Assembly: GCA_951406725.2 (NCBI GenBank)
Contig: OX597821.1
Coordinates: 9,238,001-9,302,000 of the forward strand
DNA length: 64,000 nucleotides
Direction: 5' to 3'
Source: Octopus vulgaris
Lineage: Eukaryota
Position 1 is the stretch's first letter, and each line of letters begins with the position of its first letter. The notes beneath the pieces were generated by a model, which was given only the letters and a program-made list of their open reading frames with translations, was not told the DNA's origin and searched no databases. The position numbers and the translations under genes are program-made. Below, in pieces: positions 44,930 to 60,508 of the stretch.

Positions 44930-47330
44930 AGGGGTGTAACGCTTTTAGATATACTAATTTTACATTTATATGGATTTTAAACCTCTTTGCAAAAATTGAC
45001 CAACAACTCAAGGGCTTTCTAACGATTGTTAAACAATTCAGTGATGACATCAGGATGAAATTTGACCTCTATAAATGTGCAGAAGCTATATGTATTAAAT
45101 GAACAATGACAGAATCATCTAACCTTAATCTTGACCAGCAGAATGTCATACAAGGGTTAGAAGTGGTGGAGGGCTACAAATACCTAGGGGTACTTGAAGG
45201 GGACAGAACCAGGCATTTAGTGACGAGGGAAAGGATCAGAAGAGAATGTTATCGCAGGGTGAGAGAAATAATTAAAACAGAGCTGATGCAAGAAACAAGA
45301 TTGAAGCGATCAATGCTTTAGCTATACCAGTCGTGACTTACAGTTTCAATATCATTAACTTGTCAGTTACTGAAATATATAATCTTGACAGAAAAATATG
45401 AAAACTGTTGACAATGCATAGAATGCACCACCCTAATGTAGATATAGAAAGACTTTATCTGCCAAGAAAAGAGAGAGGCCATGTACTATTACAACTGGCA
45501 TTAACCATGAAGATTTCCACAATTGGCCTAGATACCAACCTAAATAACTCTGAGGGCTGGATGATAAAACTTGTCTCAAAATATGAAAAAAATCAAGCAG
45601 CATATTCAGTAACAAAACAGGAAAAGGAATATCTACGTGAATTCCCAATACAACAAATTCTGAAACTTGACATACAAGAAACAACCGAAGAAAAAGCTAA
45701 GCGCATGAAAACCCGTGCTAAACTGCTGATGTACATATTTTGACTGATAAATGACAAGAAAAGCCCCTCAATTGCAAATACTCAAAGAAAGCGACTTATC
45801 AAGACAGAATTACAAGGAGGAAAGAAACAAAGGAATATCGTCATAAGCACGGGTGAGGTAAACGAACAAGAGGATAAAGTACCTAACTGGAAAGCCTGCG
45901 GACGAGAGGGGATCCACGGCTTTTGGCTGAAGAGATGCCAGACGGTGCATGAAAGACTAGCAGCCCAATTGGATGAATGTTCACAAAGGTACGGTCCCCG
46001 CGTAGGTGGTGACTGGTAGGACAACATTTATAATGAAATATAGATGAAAGGGGAATATTGTAGGAAACTGCCGTCCCATAGCACGTCAAACATAGTCTGG
46101 AACATGTGCGGCAAATACATATAATTTCTTAGTACAGGAAGAAATAATACCAAGGGAACAAATAGGATGTAGGAAGAGTTCTCTGGCTACCAAGGATCAC
46201 CTGGAAATTGATAAAAGATATTTGAATACATTGTAAAAATCGTCATACAAACATGTTTATGGCTTGGATTGACTTTAAGAAGGCATATGATAAGCTGCCT
46301 CGTTCTTGGATCGTTGAATGCCTGTTGATGTTTGTTGTTGCTGACATCACAAATTTTCTGATGCATAGCATGAAGGAGTGGAAAACCAAATTGTACTCAA
46401 TTATTGTATTCCTTCGAGAAGTTAATATTAAAAGGGGTATCTTCCAAGGTGACTCCTTTTCTCCGTTTCTATTTGTAATTGCACTAATACCCATTACAAT
46501 GACACTTAGGAAAGTTAAGATGGGTTACCGATGTAGGAAGAAATGTCCATCATTGAACCTTCTAATATTTATGGATGGCCAGAAATTGTTTGGGAAATCT
46601 AAAAATGCAGATAATTTCCTTGTCCAGAACAGTCCAGAAATGTGGTTGGGACATCGAATTTGGGATTACTAAATGCTCAGCACTTAATATGAAAAGAGCG
46701 AAGAAAGCATCCTGCCGATGATTGTAGATATCAACAGGAGAGACCATGGGTGAACCGGACGGTAGTAGGTATAGATATTTAGGGGTTTTGGAGCTGGATA
46801 ACACTCTACACAGGGAAAATAAAGTAAAGTTTAGCGAGGTGTATCAAAAAAGGGTGAAGATGGTGTTGAAATCCAGCCTGAATGTCAAAACTTTTATTAC
46901 TGCTATGACTCTCTGGGATGTTGCCTTGGTCAGATATAGTCCATCCTCAGATAGATGAGGGAGGAAATATAAACACTGGGCAGAAAGACGAGAAAGTCGA
47001 TGACACTGCAATGGGCGCTATACTCTATAGCATATGTAATAAGACTGTATATGAAGAGCAAGAATGGTGGCAGAGGACTAATTAGTATAGGCCATTGTAT
47101 AAGGAATGAAAAGAGAACGCTTGCCGGGTATCTGAAGCCGCGAAAAATATGGGTGTAAATGCAGATGAAATGATGGATAAGGAAGAGTTTAACCAAAGAA
47201 CTTAGGAGAAGATAAATGAGAAAGTACGGACAGTTAGAAAGGAATATACAGTACGTTAACGATAATACCGCATCGTGGGTATGGCTTGAGCGAGGTGATT
47301 TGAAGCGTACCAACGTATCATCGTTAGTCA
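44930..47330 (+). mobile_element. Two adjacent decayed R4/Dong-like RT fragments
   Basis: GYKYLGVLE, MHHPNVDIERLYLPRKERG; then AWIDFKKAYD, RGIFQGDSFSP, FMDG, YRYLGVLE. Confidence 0.8.
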
Positions 47331-48592
47331 ATATTTGCACTGGTGCATATGCTATCACTATCATATCCAGCACTCGTATGAGCACCGACCGGAGCCGGAC
47401 CCTGAAGGAGATAATGTTACCGCCCTATGAGATTAGTGGGTACATACAGTTAGGCAATGTTATTTAGTTAGTCCTCATCATCAAAGACTTAAGATTTTTA
47501 ATTGATATGCCGATGTACAGTGAAAGAAACATCGCAACAAAAAATAATTTAAAAAACTATCGCAATACTTTCATATATCCTCACGTTCGACTAAATTCGC
47601 ATTGCACTCCTTTACCGCACATATATTCGTTTCGTCCGCAAGAAATTATTAAACTCTTCGTCTCTTTCCCTGCAGATACTGTAGTTACATTCGACATATA
47701 TCTAAACGCTTGATATATATCATAGTGCAAGGGAAGTAATTGTTATATGAGTCTAGAGGAATTGCTGGTATCTGTTAGATCTATTTTGTAAGATATTACA
47801 TACCTTATAAGATCATTTTGCTTTTATTTGAGTATACAACGTCTCTTTTACAAACAATTATTTAACGAAAGTAAAGAATGATCGAGGAAAGTATGACTTT
47901 AAAAACCGTTTTATTTCCCAGTATATTTAATTAACCACACTTTCCTATCAATTTAAAGCAATACAAAAATGCACTCAATTCTTACCGGCAATCTCAAAAT
48001 CACGAAATATTTCACATCCAATTAAGAAGCCCAATCCAGCAAAATTCCGTACCCTGAAATTAATATAAATATCTATATTAGATAGTGTTGACTAAGTAGC
48101 TTCATTTGGTGCACCGAGTTAAATCAGAATAATATACACACACAACAATATTTTGAAAACATCACCCTTGGTATATAAGTATTAACAGAATCAAATTATT
48201 GTAGTGCTTGTAGAAAATGATGTTCAGTTGAGTATACAATCCGCTCTTCAGCTACTCAGACACGTACCCTTTATTAAATGCACAGCTGTGCGGTTATTGT
48301 CCACCGAAGAAGAGAAATAACACTGAAATAGTTAAGGATCATTATGATATATATTGCTCTCTGCTGGGGTGGAGATGTTAAACGACCTGCAGCAGACAAA
48401 GTTTCCTGTGGCTAAACAATAGTAGCTTTCGTCTCAACCGCGATTGCCATATCATATTGGCACATAATCATAACTTTCAAGTATTGCTTCTGTATGTCTC
48501 TTGTTGAGAAATTTAGAAATAATAATGTTTCTTATATACAGATATTTGTCCTCGCCTTGTTTGTCCTCATTTTGTGGAAATTTTGAACCTGG

Positions 48593-48648
<56 letters not shown>

Positions 48649-48680
48649 GATTATTATTGTTGTTGTTGTTGTTGTTGTTG

Positions 48681-48722
<42 letters not shown>

Positions 48723-51544
48723 CTTTTTGCCCTTTAAGAGAATTAACGAACTGGAACGCCTGAAGACAGTTCCCTAAGGGGAAGTAAACCAGGCAGAATA
48801 TCAAACTTGACCACCAGAAATGATGAAAGGTCATTAATACTTTAACGTATCAAAAATTAGATCTGTTCACGGAAAACATTATAAATACACTTGATTCCCT
48901 AAAGCGCCGTTATAAGCGAAAATTCCTTCCTGCGAAGGCAAAAAAAAATCACAGATACTATGACAAACCCCTTTTCTCTACTATTCTTATTTAACCTTTT
49001 TTCTCTCTCTCTCACTTAAGTCAGTATGACCGAACTTTTGGCACCTATATAACACTCGAATTTTGTTTTTTTTACATGATTGTATTATGTATTCTCGTAT
49101 TGCTGATGTCACCGTAAAACCTCAAACAACTTATAAATCTAGCGATATCTCACATTTTTGAGCTTCAATACGATTTTAAATATAATATACATGTAGTTAG
49201 ATACATGAAAAAAAAAAGAATATAAAGTCGATGCGGTACAATTGCAGTCATGAAAAAGTTTTATCGATAATTTTGCTTCATCCTCGGTGTTCCACTGCCT
49301 TCCTGCTTCATTGTTACACGAATCAAGTTTTCGTAAACATCACATTTACGAAGAAGGAATTACTGCTATGATGTTAAACGTACCGTTCGTCGTCAAAGAG
49401 GCTGGAAATTTAGGGAAACGATTAATATCAGTGAAAATGTAGAGTAGATAAAGCATGAGAAAATAACAGGTGCTTGAAAAGTTTTATTATTTACAGAAGG
49501 TGTTCAAAACAAATTGAAAACGTAGGGAAGTCGATAGCTTCTGAACAAGATCTCAGTTTTTGAAATATCCATGAAACCACAGTGATACGATTGAGAGTAT
49601 GTCAAAGGGAGACTTAAAGTTGAAAATGTAAAAACAAAATTTTCTTCATATCGTTCTCTTCATTAAAATAAGATTTTATTCTTATTACTGACCAATTACC
49701 TTTTAATTATGTGGAAAATTTTAATATATATCAATACAGAATAGATATGATAAAACCTGTATAGGAAGCGTTGCCGAGGGATGATTAATAGAAATAAAAA
49801 TCACATAGTCTTAAGGCATTGCAGAAAGGGAATAATTAGTTAAGTATCGTTATGATATATATTGTGCAACGTTTAAGACTGGTTGTATAAAACTGCTCAA
49901 GATTCCGATTATAGAAATGTTGGCAAGATCAATACAATGTATCTATAAAGGTTCGATTATTCGATTTGGCTTAGTACAGGCAAGTCAGTTCAGACTTCTG
50001 TCATTTTCCTGTTCGCCACTCTCTTTTCTCTTGACTTTTTCATCTTATTTTAGATAGAACTTCTAAGGTATGAAAAATGTAAGCATGGAATACACCTAAT
50101 GGATAGTCTTGTGGACTTGAAAGGCCATAAGATATTGATATATATGTAGGTTGCCTCTAACTACATTTCTTCTGCATTTCATTTTTGCTATCAGAAAATA
50201 GGAAAACAGTGCATAAAAATTTGAAAAGCCAATGTTAAACAGCATAAAATATACCTGGCTGTGATTCTATTTATTTTTGGAATACAATTTCGTGGTGCAT
50301 CTTCCAAAAGTTAGTTTAAATAAACAGGTGCAAACTATCAAATACTGTATGTTCGGTCTTTAAAGGGCTTTAAATCTCGTGTCATAAAAACGCTAGCAAA
50401 TAATTTATTGCAGGTTTTGTCGGTGGTGGTACTTTTGTAGTTGCCATTGAAGTCTTTTTAATTTACGTTTCTTCGATTAATATTTTAATCAAGATTTGTG
50501 CTCTCAACAAATTAAAATGAGCAATTAACTTTTTGAGTAACATCTACACTCGATACACCTGATGCGGATATATTCAAATATTAATGAACAAACCAAACAT
50601 TACTGACAAGTAAAACTAACTATGCAATGACATTAGCTAAGAAAACTACACTTCCTATTTGATATTATATATGATTACGCCTAAACGATTCGAAGACAAA
50701 CAAAATATATACCAAGCGAAGCACCGTGAAATTTCGGGAGTCTTTGATTAATGATAATTAGTGCACTCTTGATGTACTTACATATGTTCATCTTTTGTAA
50801 ACAGTGGGAGCTGTAGGGATGCGAGAGGAACATCTGTAAGAAAGTAAATACAAGGAATATATCATCAATATATGACGAAGAAAGGAGAGGAAGGTGGAAA
50901 AAGGCGAGGAAGAGAAGGACGAAGACAAGAAGAGAAGGAAGCAGAAAATTAAGAAGAGGGGAAAGGAGGAGAATATGGATAAGGATAAAGCAAGGGAGTG
51001 ATATCAATATGAGTGAGATTCGCTGTCGACTGATTAAATTGTAACTCAAAATCAATATTCTTTGTAACTGTCTTCATAAGATTTTCTAAAAAATTCCATA
51101 ACCAGTGAGCTACTAGCATCAACTTCCGACAAATAATCTTTTACACCAAGAAAATATTTAAAATTCATGACAATTGTTTTAAATGCAAAGACATATGTAT
51201 CATTTGTTAGAACTTGTAATACTTCCCCCCCCCCAAACACACACACCAATTACAGTAATATCAGCGCCAGCGCCAAAAGATATTTGTGTCAAATTCTCTA
51301 AATTTACCAGGTAGAAAAACATCTTTATTCTGGTAAAAATGTCTATAAAAAAACATCGTATCCTTCCAGTGTTTCCCACTGTCGGATTCACACACAGAAT
51401 TTTATCAAGTTATCAAGAAGAAATACCGAAGAGAGGAAAGTCTGGAAACACCTAATTAAAGCACTGTATTTAACTTTTCCGCTAAATATTTTGCCTGTTC
51501 ACTTTTTAAAATATATATATATATATATCTTTGTAGTATTTCAT

Positions 51545-51766
51545 TATTTTACTTGTTTCAGTCATTTGCCTGCCGACATGCTGGAATATCACTTTTAGTT
51601 GAACAAATCAATGCCGAGACATACTCTTGAAAAATCTAGTACTTATTCCGTCGGTCATATTTTCCGAACCGCTAGGTTATGAGGGGACCTAAACACACCA
51701 ATATCGATTGTCATGCAATGGTGGGGTACTAGTATAGACACTCGAATATATACATTCATACCCCAC

Positions 51767-51823
<57 letters not shown>

Positions 51824-51985
51824 GACGAGTTTCTGACAGTTTCCGTCTACCAAATCTATTTACAACACTTTGGTTAGCCCGAGGCTATAGGAGAAGAAAC
51901 CTGCCTAAGTTGCCACGCAATAGGATAGAACCTGGAACCACGTGGTTTGGAAGCAAGCTTCTTTCCACGGAGTCATTCCCGCACC
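51545..51985 (-). mobile_element. tRNA-derived SINE with internal (TA)n
   Basis: Homologous to 18215-18625. Confidence 0.75.
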
Positions 51986-52041
51986 TTTATGTGTGTGTGT
52001 GTGTGCATGTGTGTGTATGTGTGTATGTATGTATGTGTATG

Positions 52042-52094
<53 letters not shown>

Positions 52095-52169
52095 GTATAT
52101 ATATACATACATATATTTATATACATGTACAGGTGTGTATGTATGTGTGTGTATGAGTTATTAGTAATA

Positions 52170-55100
52170 TTACTACCTATATCGTAAATAATCTAACTTG
52201 GATATCTTTCGACCAATTATTGGTTTAGGCAATGTCTAACTTAATAGCATCACATGATAGGATTAGCTCCATCCTTTTTAAATCTGGTTTTGTGGTATCA
52301 TGGTCCATTCGAGCAGGGAGATCTTGTTGAGAGAGCTGTATTCAGGTATCGGTCGCTTATCTGGTAATCCTTGAAAACATTTGTCCAGATTTCGTTTAAA
52401 TGTGATGGAATAATTTTTGGGATAATATTAAATAGGGCAGGGCCTGTTTAGGAAAAGAAATCGTGCTGCACTGTATTTATGTGTTTGGCTAGGGGTCGCG
52501 CGGTCGGTGGCTCTGGCGTTGGATCAATTCTGAAACTAATGTTGCGGTCGATGTTATATTCTCCACATGGTGCAAATGATGTTTCGGTCCCGGTGGCGCT
52601 GGAGAGAATTGTGTTTGAGTGCTCTAATGATGTCCCAATAATAGCGATCAGTCATGCCCTTAATTCTGTTAGTGAATGCCCTCTGGGGTGATACAGATTT
52701 CGAAATGTTTTGTTTTCTATGGGGAGACAACTTTGTCAGCAGTATTCGAGGTGTGGCGGTACAAAGGAGGAGAAATGAGAAATGATAACTTGTTTTCTTA
52801 ACCGGGAGGTTCTTAAGGTCTAGGAGCTCATCTGTCAACAATTATTCATGAGTCTCTAATATTATTAGATGGTATGTGTGGTTCCCTTGATGGAAGCGAA
52901 TATTGTGGTTTCAGGTTTTTCTGGTTAGTTCAAATTTTTTCGCATTTAGTTGCATTCTGTTTTTGCCTACTCGCTGACTTACATCATGTTTGTCAGACTG
53001 CAGTTCAGTTCGGACTTCTTCTCCGTTCATAATTTTCTGAAGTATGGAATCATCAGCGAATAGTTTTCAATTTGTTGTGTTTTATGACACCAGAAGCGGG
53101 TCCAATACGGATCCCCTGGGGGACACCGCTGTGACTTTGCTGGCTTTGAGCGGATTCCACCAATCACAGCATGCTGGGTCTTGTTTTCTAGGAAATAATC
53201 AATCCAGTGGAGTAGTTTTCCACAGATACTAACATTTGACAATTTTGACTGTAGTAAATTGTGGTCGACTCTGTCGAACGCTTTACTGAAGTCAAGATAT
53301 GTTACATTAGAGTTTGAACCTGATTCCAAGGCTTTAAGGACATAATCGACGTTGTGTAAGAGCTGTGTCAGACAGTCCATACCGCAGTTGGTTTGAATTT
53401 ATGAGATTGTGACTTTTCAGGAAACCAGCTCTTCTTGATCCAACTTCCATTTGAAACCCTTTGGTGATATGGGAGGTGAGTGAGCCTGGGAGACAACTGA
53501 CAGCGAGAGATTTGTTTCCCTGTTTGAAAAACCGGGATGGCAGACTGGGATAAGAGCTGACATACTTGACATGACTAAAACTTTTCCCCAGAGTTTGGTT
53601 AGAGGGACTGCAATTTAGTGTCTACATTCCTTCAGGAGACTAGTGGGGAATGTATCGCGACCAACAGAATAGTATTTGATCTTAATCATTGCTATGATGT
53701 CTGAAGCAGTAAAGGTAATATTGGAGATTATATGCTAATATTTTTGATTACCCACTGTTACTCTGTAGCTATTTGATTTTCAATGCAGGTTTTCATATTG
53801 GTGTGCAGAAGTTTTTGCAGCGCAAGATGTTTCCTTGTTGTTGAATATAGATATTGTTTATGGGAATTTTTTAATTGGTTCAATTATTTTATTAGTATTT
53901 TCGTGCTCCAAATTAGTGTTGTTTTTCTCTCTACGGAGCCTGTTTCTGTTTGAGCAGAAGCGTGTTTTGAGAATGTATGTGTAACAATTTCCTCAAAGCA
54001 CTGTCATGTGGTTTCAATGTCAGTGGAAAGACATATCTTTTCTAAACGCTCTCCAGTTTGTTCTGTAGACGTTTAAGTTGTCAAATAAGTGCAGTGGGTT
54101 GGGATTGACTGGTTTGGTTTTAATATGCCAGATATTAAAGTTGCAGAGTAATGTGCTGTGATCTGAGAGGAGATTCTTTCCTACTGAAATGCTGTGAATG
54201 GTGCTAGAGAGGTTTGCTAATAAAAGATTGATTTATATATTCATTCATCGTGTCTTGTGGCGCTTAAGGTGCTCGCAAGATCATTGCACCTTCTAACAAT
54301 GAAAGCGTCCTTGACAGCTTGTTCTATTGTTAACCCTCTGCTTTTAAGACCTGTTACTATTGGTCTCCACTACGTTTCCTTTGGACGGCCACGTCTTCTT
54401 TTACCTTGTAAAATCCATTGCAAATCCTGACAACTGAGTTCGGTTCATAGCAATAAACTCACCCCAGCCATTTCCATCTCCTTGCTTCAATACTTTCTGT
54501 TATTGGTTTCACGTTAGTCTTGATCTGTGGTTGACTTCCATATTGAGTTTCACATATCGAATGATTGGTTGGTTTTACTGATTCTTGTATTTATTTCATG
54601 AATGCAGTCTTCATCCATTCTTATTCTGGTGTCTAGTTAAATTCGTCAACATGTGTCGTTGTTTTGTTTTCCAAATAACATGATCTGCATTTGTTATATT
54701 TTATAAAGAGCTTAAGTTTTCTTCTCGTTGATTTTGAGACCTCTTATTTTCGTTATTTGACTAACACTTTCAGATTTATCTTGAGAAGAAAGAAATGTCG
54801 TCTGCATAATCTAAATTTTGTAGTAGAGTTGTGTTTCATTCTACACCTCATTTATATTCTTCTATCAGTATTGGCATCAATCAATTCACTGCCAAGGAAA
54901 ATAAGACTGGCGGTAGCAAGCATTCTTGTTTGTCTCCGGTTTTGATTTCGAAGGGATTTGTTAGTTTCCTATTGTATATAACTTGGTATTAGAAGTTTTC
55001 ATACAAGAAACGAATCATCGGTTTATTGTCTTGTCTGTTCGAGCACTATAATTCTGCTGCTGCTTTTTTATTGTGTAGGGTTGTTGTCTAACTTCAAAGT

Positions 55101-56262
55101 ATTTCTGGGCCTGTTTACATAAGGAAGGCTAAAATCGCCCGTTGCCAGTATGTTTCCGGTGTTGTATGGAAGGAAAGACTTGATGTGTTGAGGAATTCTT
55201 CAAAGCACGTTAGAGGTGCTTAGAGAGGCCTGTAGAGACCAACATTAGTTATGTCATTGGCCTTCTGGAATAATCATATGGATTTACAGTAGTCATTGCA
55301 AAATATGTTCTTGGCCATAATTGCAACGGAGCCATGGAGAAAATGGTTGCTCCTCCTTTATTTCCGTCTGTACGATCTGCACGGATGATGTTGAAATTAT
55401 TTACTTTCATCTCGGCATCAATGTGATTATTGTTTAAATTAGCTTCTGTAAGGATAAAAAAGGTATGCAGTGTGCTGTTTCGACAAGCCAGCTTTCTATA
55501 TATGGGATCTTCCATTTGGTGGCAATGGGTGATGGGTTCATACTATGTACATTTAGCAGGAATGTCCGAGCAAGGGTAGTTTGTTGTTTGTATTGTTCTA
55601 AGTGCTTGGTCTTGGGTTATGTTTTTCAATGGTAGCAATGGGGGTAGTTTTTGTATGGAGCTTTGTGTGTGGAGCGATGTTGTAGTAGAGAATGGTTGTG
55701 TGTTCCTTGTGTTTTGCATATATGATTGCTGATAGCTCGTTAGATCTCTCGGCTTTTCTAGATTTTCATATTTTCTAGTTAAGTTCGTAAAAATGTGTTA
55801 CCACTTTGGTTTGCCACTTGGTCAGAATATACATTGTTCATGTTTATGTTATTTGGTGTTATGGTTATCCCATAGTTCTGTCTTCTTTGTTTGGTTTTAG
55901 GAGGTGGAATATCGCTGTAATTTCTTGTTGCAATCCTCGTTTGTTGCTTATTTTTCTTTTCGTTTGTTTTGTGCCCTTCAGATAGTGGTAATTGTATTCT
56001 AGGTTCAGGCAAATCCTTCATGACAGAATTTGACATAATTTAAGGTGGAAGAATGTGCATCCGTAAAGAAACCTTTTGTGCATTCATATTTAGGATCAGA
56101 ACAATGAATTCTGTACTTAGGACAGTATTTGGGGTGAAGGTGAGGGCAGATTTTGCCATTTATATCATATGGAGAAGTTCCCATAGTATGTCTACGGCAT
56201 AGGGTGGGATGGAAGAAATGGCAGCGTCCCTTGTTTTGATGCCGCTGGGTCCAAATCTACAG
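52170..56262 (-). mobile_element. Decayed CR1-like LINE (CCCH-finger ORF1, APE, RT)
   Basis: CHFFHPTLC..CPHLHPKYC; LTEANL..IRADR..GG; YLDFSKAFDRVDH; FKRNLDKCF near the 3' end. Confidence 0.85.
54240..55060 (-). mobile_element. RTE 3' fragment nested in the CR1 element
   Basis: RRWKWLG and KRRRGRPKET C-terminal RTE motifs. Confidence 0.7.
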
Positions 56263-57639
56263 TTAAATATATATATCATATCAATTACTGTTCGTTAAAT
56301 ATTTGCATATGTATTATGGCTGATTTGATATATTTCCCTAAAGTATTTTATTTATATGGTAGTTATCATGAAACCATGTAAGAAATAATGAGGTTAACTA
56401 TTTTGCAATGTATTATCCATATAATACTTAAATAATAAAGGTCGACTTAAATCATTAACCTTTATTACTTCAGAATCAATAATTATCCACTTACGTATTG
56501 AACGAATTCTTTTAATATAAGCAGGCAGGTCATCTGTTTGGGATACACTTTTCCTTAAAATATAATATAAAATAGAAACATCCATGAAGAGAAAATAGAC
56601 AATAGACAATGGGGAAAACGTCAAATATATGATTGGTTTGATACTTCGTTTAATAAATGTCTCGTGAGTGGATTCGTGTGTTTTTACACATGCACTGAAC
56701 GCGCACACACTCACACATACAAACATGTACGCCGGACGCACATACACACACACACACACACGCACATGTATATATTCTCAGTACTTAGTTCTTTGCTGAG
56801 AAAACGCTAGCAATACGCTCATGTACTTTTGCTCTTTAAAACTCACGGGGCCATTGGACTGACATAAAGGAAATAATTTTTATTCCTCAAATATGCTGTG
56901 AGATTCGGGTTTGAAAATTGAGGTGGTTCTATCTTCAAATTATATCATTTCCTTTTATTCTTAAAACACTATACATCCATTTCAATCTTTCATAAATCGT
57001 AACGTAATGAGAGTTATTCATAAAGTGATGAGCTAGCTAATGCAATATTCCAGCGATGCGATATGTTTTTATTAAGAAGTACATGAATAACTGCTGGAAT
57101 AATATTTACAAGAACATAGTCTAACCTACATAATCATCAAGTACATTCTACTTTTGTTATTTTCAATATCTACACTGTTCTAATAAATTAACGGGAAAGT
57201 TTTGTAAAGACCGGCGAATTCATAGATCTTTGATTGTGTCTTATCTTAATGGATAAACTAAATATAACTATCCAAGTCTATTTTTATGTTCACTGTAATT
57301 TTAAATCAGTGAAATTTTCGTAAGCCTCTCCTCTTAAACTACAGAATATAAAGGATGCTACCTCAAACAATGTAGGTGTTTTTTAACACCCTAATCACAA
57401 TCATAATATGTGTGTATATATATATATCCATATATATGTGTGTGTAAAACATGTAATAATTGAACTACAAAAAAGATGGATTTCATACACCAACTTCTAT
57501 TTATTATATGGCACTAATAAATGAGTTGTACCTATTATTTTATTTATCCATACAGTAGTGGCAATTATATAATACAGTTAATTTAATTTGTTAATTTAGT
57601 CATTCTTAAATGTAATAATAATAATGGCAAAGTAAGTTA

Positions 57640-58765
57640 TTAAAGTGTTCATGTTGCATTAAGAGTAAATATTTCGTTATAAACAATACTTTTCTTTTGT
57701 TTTATATCGGAGTGCATAAGCAAAACATTTGCTTTTGGTTCCCACACGAAAAAGGAGAAATGAAAGATCCAGTTTCAACTTGAATAAACGTAAGTAAAAA
57801 TAGCTATATCATATAGACGATTAGTTTTACTGAATGCAGGTGCCTGTGCGATGGCAACGTAAAGCTCACAGGTCAAGTAGAACACACATTAATCACGCGT
57901 TTTTCTTGAAATTTGAATACGCCGTATCGCCTATTGTTCGAATGTGAACAAGGGGAGTCTACTCCAGTAGATTGAGATATATTCCTCCTGTATGTGCGTA
58001 TTTTATAAGGGAAAACGTAATAATTGAGGTAGAAGAAAGAATGATGTCATACACGTTAAGTTCTTGAATTTTTATGTTGCATTAAGAGTGGATATTTCTT
58101 TACAAACTATGGCTTTTGCTTAATGTCGGGGTGCGTAAGCCAAAAATATTTGCTTTTACTCCCAAACATTATGCTCCTACATAAAGTTGGCCTTGTGAAA
58201 AGCATGGGGTTTGATATTGCAACCCAGCAACTTTTAGTGTTTGAGCCTGAGTTTTATTAGTGCTCATGGCAAAAGAGAGTGGGATAGGAAACTAAAACCG
58301 CTTAAACTGCAATAGGATATTAGATGGTATAACTGGTATGCAAGGAATGAATACGATGTAACATTTACCCCAACCAGTAACAATATTTGCCTCAATGCAG
58401 CTCATAAGTTTGTGCAAAATTAGTGCTGTACCATTGCATATTTTTCGTGACAAATGACGCAGTTCCCACAAGAGATGCTCCTACTTAAAACTGGGCATGG
58501 GAAAAACATAGTTTATCAAGTTGTAATCCAGCAACTTTTAGTGTTTGGCCCTAGGTGTTATTAGTGCTCATGACAAAATAAATTGGGATAGGAAACGGTA
58601 ACCTCTTAAATGGTGAAGGGATATTAGATAGTATATCGAGTATGCGAGGAACGAAGACGGTGTCACTTTTACCACAACCAGTAAGAATATTTGCCCCATA
58701 AGTTTGTGCACAATAAGTTTTGTACCATTGCATAAGTTTTGTTGAGACAAATTAGGCAATGGCAT
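57640..58765 (-). mobile_element. Helitron PIF1-helicase C-terminal fragments, tandemly repeated
   Basis: NLCNGTKL..ILTG..PRI..FKR.PFP..GQTLKVAG..FSH motifs at 58460-58765 and again at 58150-58460. Confidence 0.8.
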
Positions 58766-59959
58766 AACAGTTTCTCCGAGGTAACTTTAAATATATATTA
58801 ATTATTAATACGAACACTATATATGTATATGTTTATGTGTGTGACTGTAAGAATGATCTAAATCAAAAACATACGGCAACAAGAAATTAGTTATACAAAC
58901 AAAATTAGAACCTACTTTCCATCGTTAAGCATCCTCAAGGTCAGCAAGTCTGAGTGAAATTTGTTCAAGCTAAAGATGTTTGTGACAAAATCGTCAGTGA
59001 AATTTAGCTGAAAAATAAAGACAGTTATTTTGGTTGAGTTTTTTAATAGGATTCTGGATTCATAGATACGTTTTGGTGCAAATATATATATATAGAGAGA
59101 GAGAGATATAGATAGATCCAGACAGACGGAATTTTCTGTCTTCAGTCGAGTTCTAGGTTATCTTTGCAATTTCGGCTGGTTGTACTCAAGATTGCTCCAA
59201 TCTGGCCAGTCCAATGTTAAAACTAAGCTAAGAGCACTAGATTTCTTGGAAGAATGTATATGAAAACAAAGACGAAAAAAAACGGAGAAATGGTTGCACA
59301 AATACAAATGCAAATAAACGACAGGGCAGATAGCGGTAAATTATGAATATATATATATATATATATATATAAGGATATACCTGAGATGCGTGTTGAATGA
59401 TAAATGTTTAAAGAGAGCATCAACAATTCTCCTTGATACGAAATGATGTATAGTCTTGCGAGATGAATAAGTTCTATTTTAAGGTCAGTGTAGTTAATGC
59501 AAGGCTAGTATTATTTAGTACAAAATAAATAAATCAATTTAAAAAAATAATTTGATTTTAATTTACTACATACTACTATTTTCAGTTGCTTACTCCGTAT
59601 ACTTTTTTATTGACCACAAGGGGCCAAACATAGAGGAACAATTCAAATGAGGGAGGGGTCGATGGTGCTTATGGTTTTTACAGAGGTATAGTTAAAAATT
59701 TATGTAATCGAATGATAAAAAAATGACAAGCATAAGAAATACACAAAAATTGAAGTGTGGAACGTGTTTTGCCTCGACCCCACAAGCCCCGTGCAACCAC
59801 TGTAACGTTTAGTAGAACCTTATGGATACACTATGTGGCTTCATTTATTCGCATCAAACACGCCACAGCCTTCCATCTTTTTCCATATACATCAGGTGAC
59901 AGGTATTTTCTTTCCACCCTTATTTTCCTCTTAAGGGTGTATATCAGGTTAGGTATAAT

Positions 59960-59997
<38 letters not shown>

Positions 59998-60473
59998 CAA
60001 ATATGTGTGTATATTTGCATATTTGTAAATACATGTATGTATATTTATGTATATATGTATTTATATATGCATGCACATATATGATGATCTAAGTTAGTTG
60101 GTATTTATATCTACCTATATATGTATATATTTGCGCAAGCAATTATATGTTATATATGTATACATCTATGTATGTACATATATGTATAAAGGTTAAGATA
60201 AACATATGTTTTTGTCTTTTGTTTTATGTTGATAATCATGTGCATAAGGATATATATGTGTAGGTGGGTATGTAGGTATGTGTGTATGTGGATGGATGTA
60301 TGTATGTGTGTATGTGGATGGATGTATGTATGCATGTATTCATATGTATGTATATGTGGTTGTATATATATATATATATATGTATGTATATATATATATA
60401 TATATATTTGTACATATATATACATATATATATGTGTGTATATGTATATATGTGTGTATGCATGTATATATAT

Positions 60474-60508
<35 letters not shown>

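Noticed and set aside
50400-50520. Hydrophobic stretch after an AG as a transmembrane exon of a third gene
   Set aside because: AT-rich DNA gives such peptides by chance; no donor site or supporting exons.
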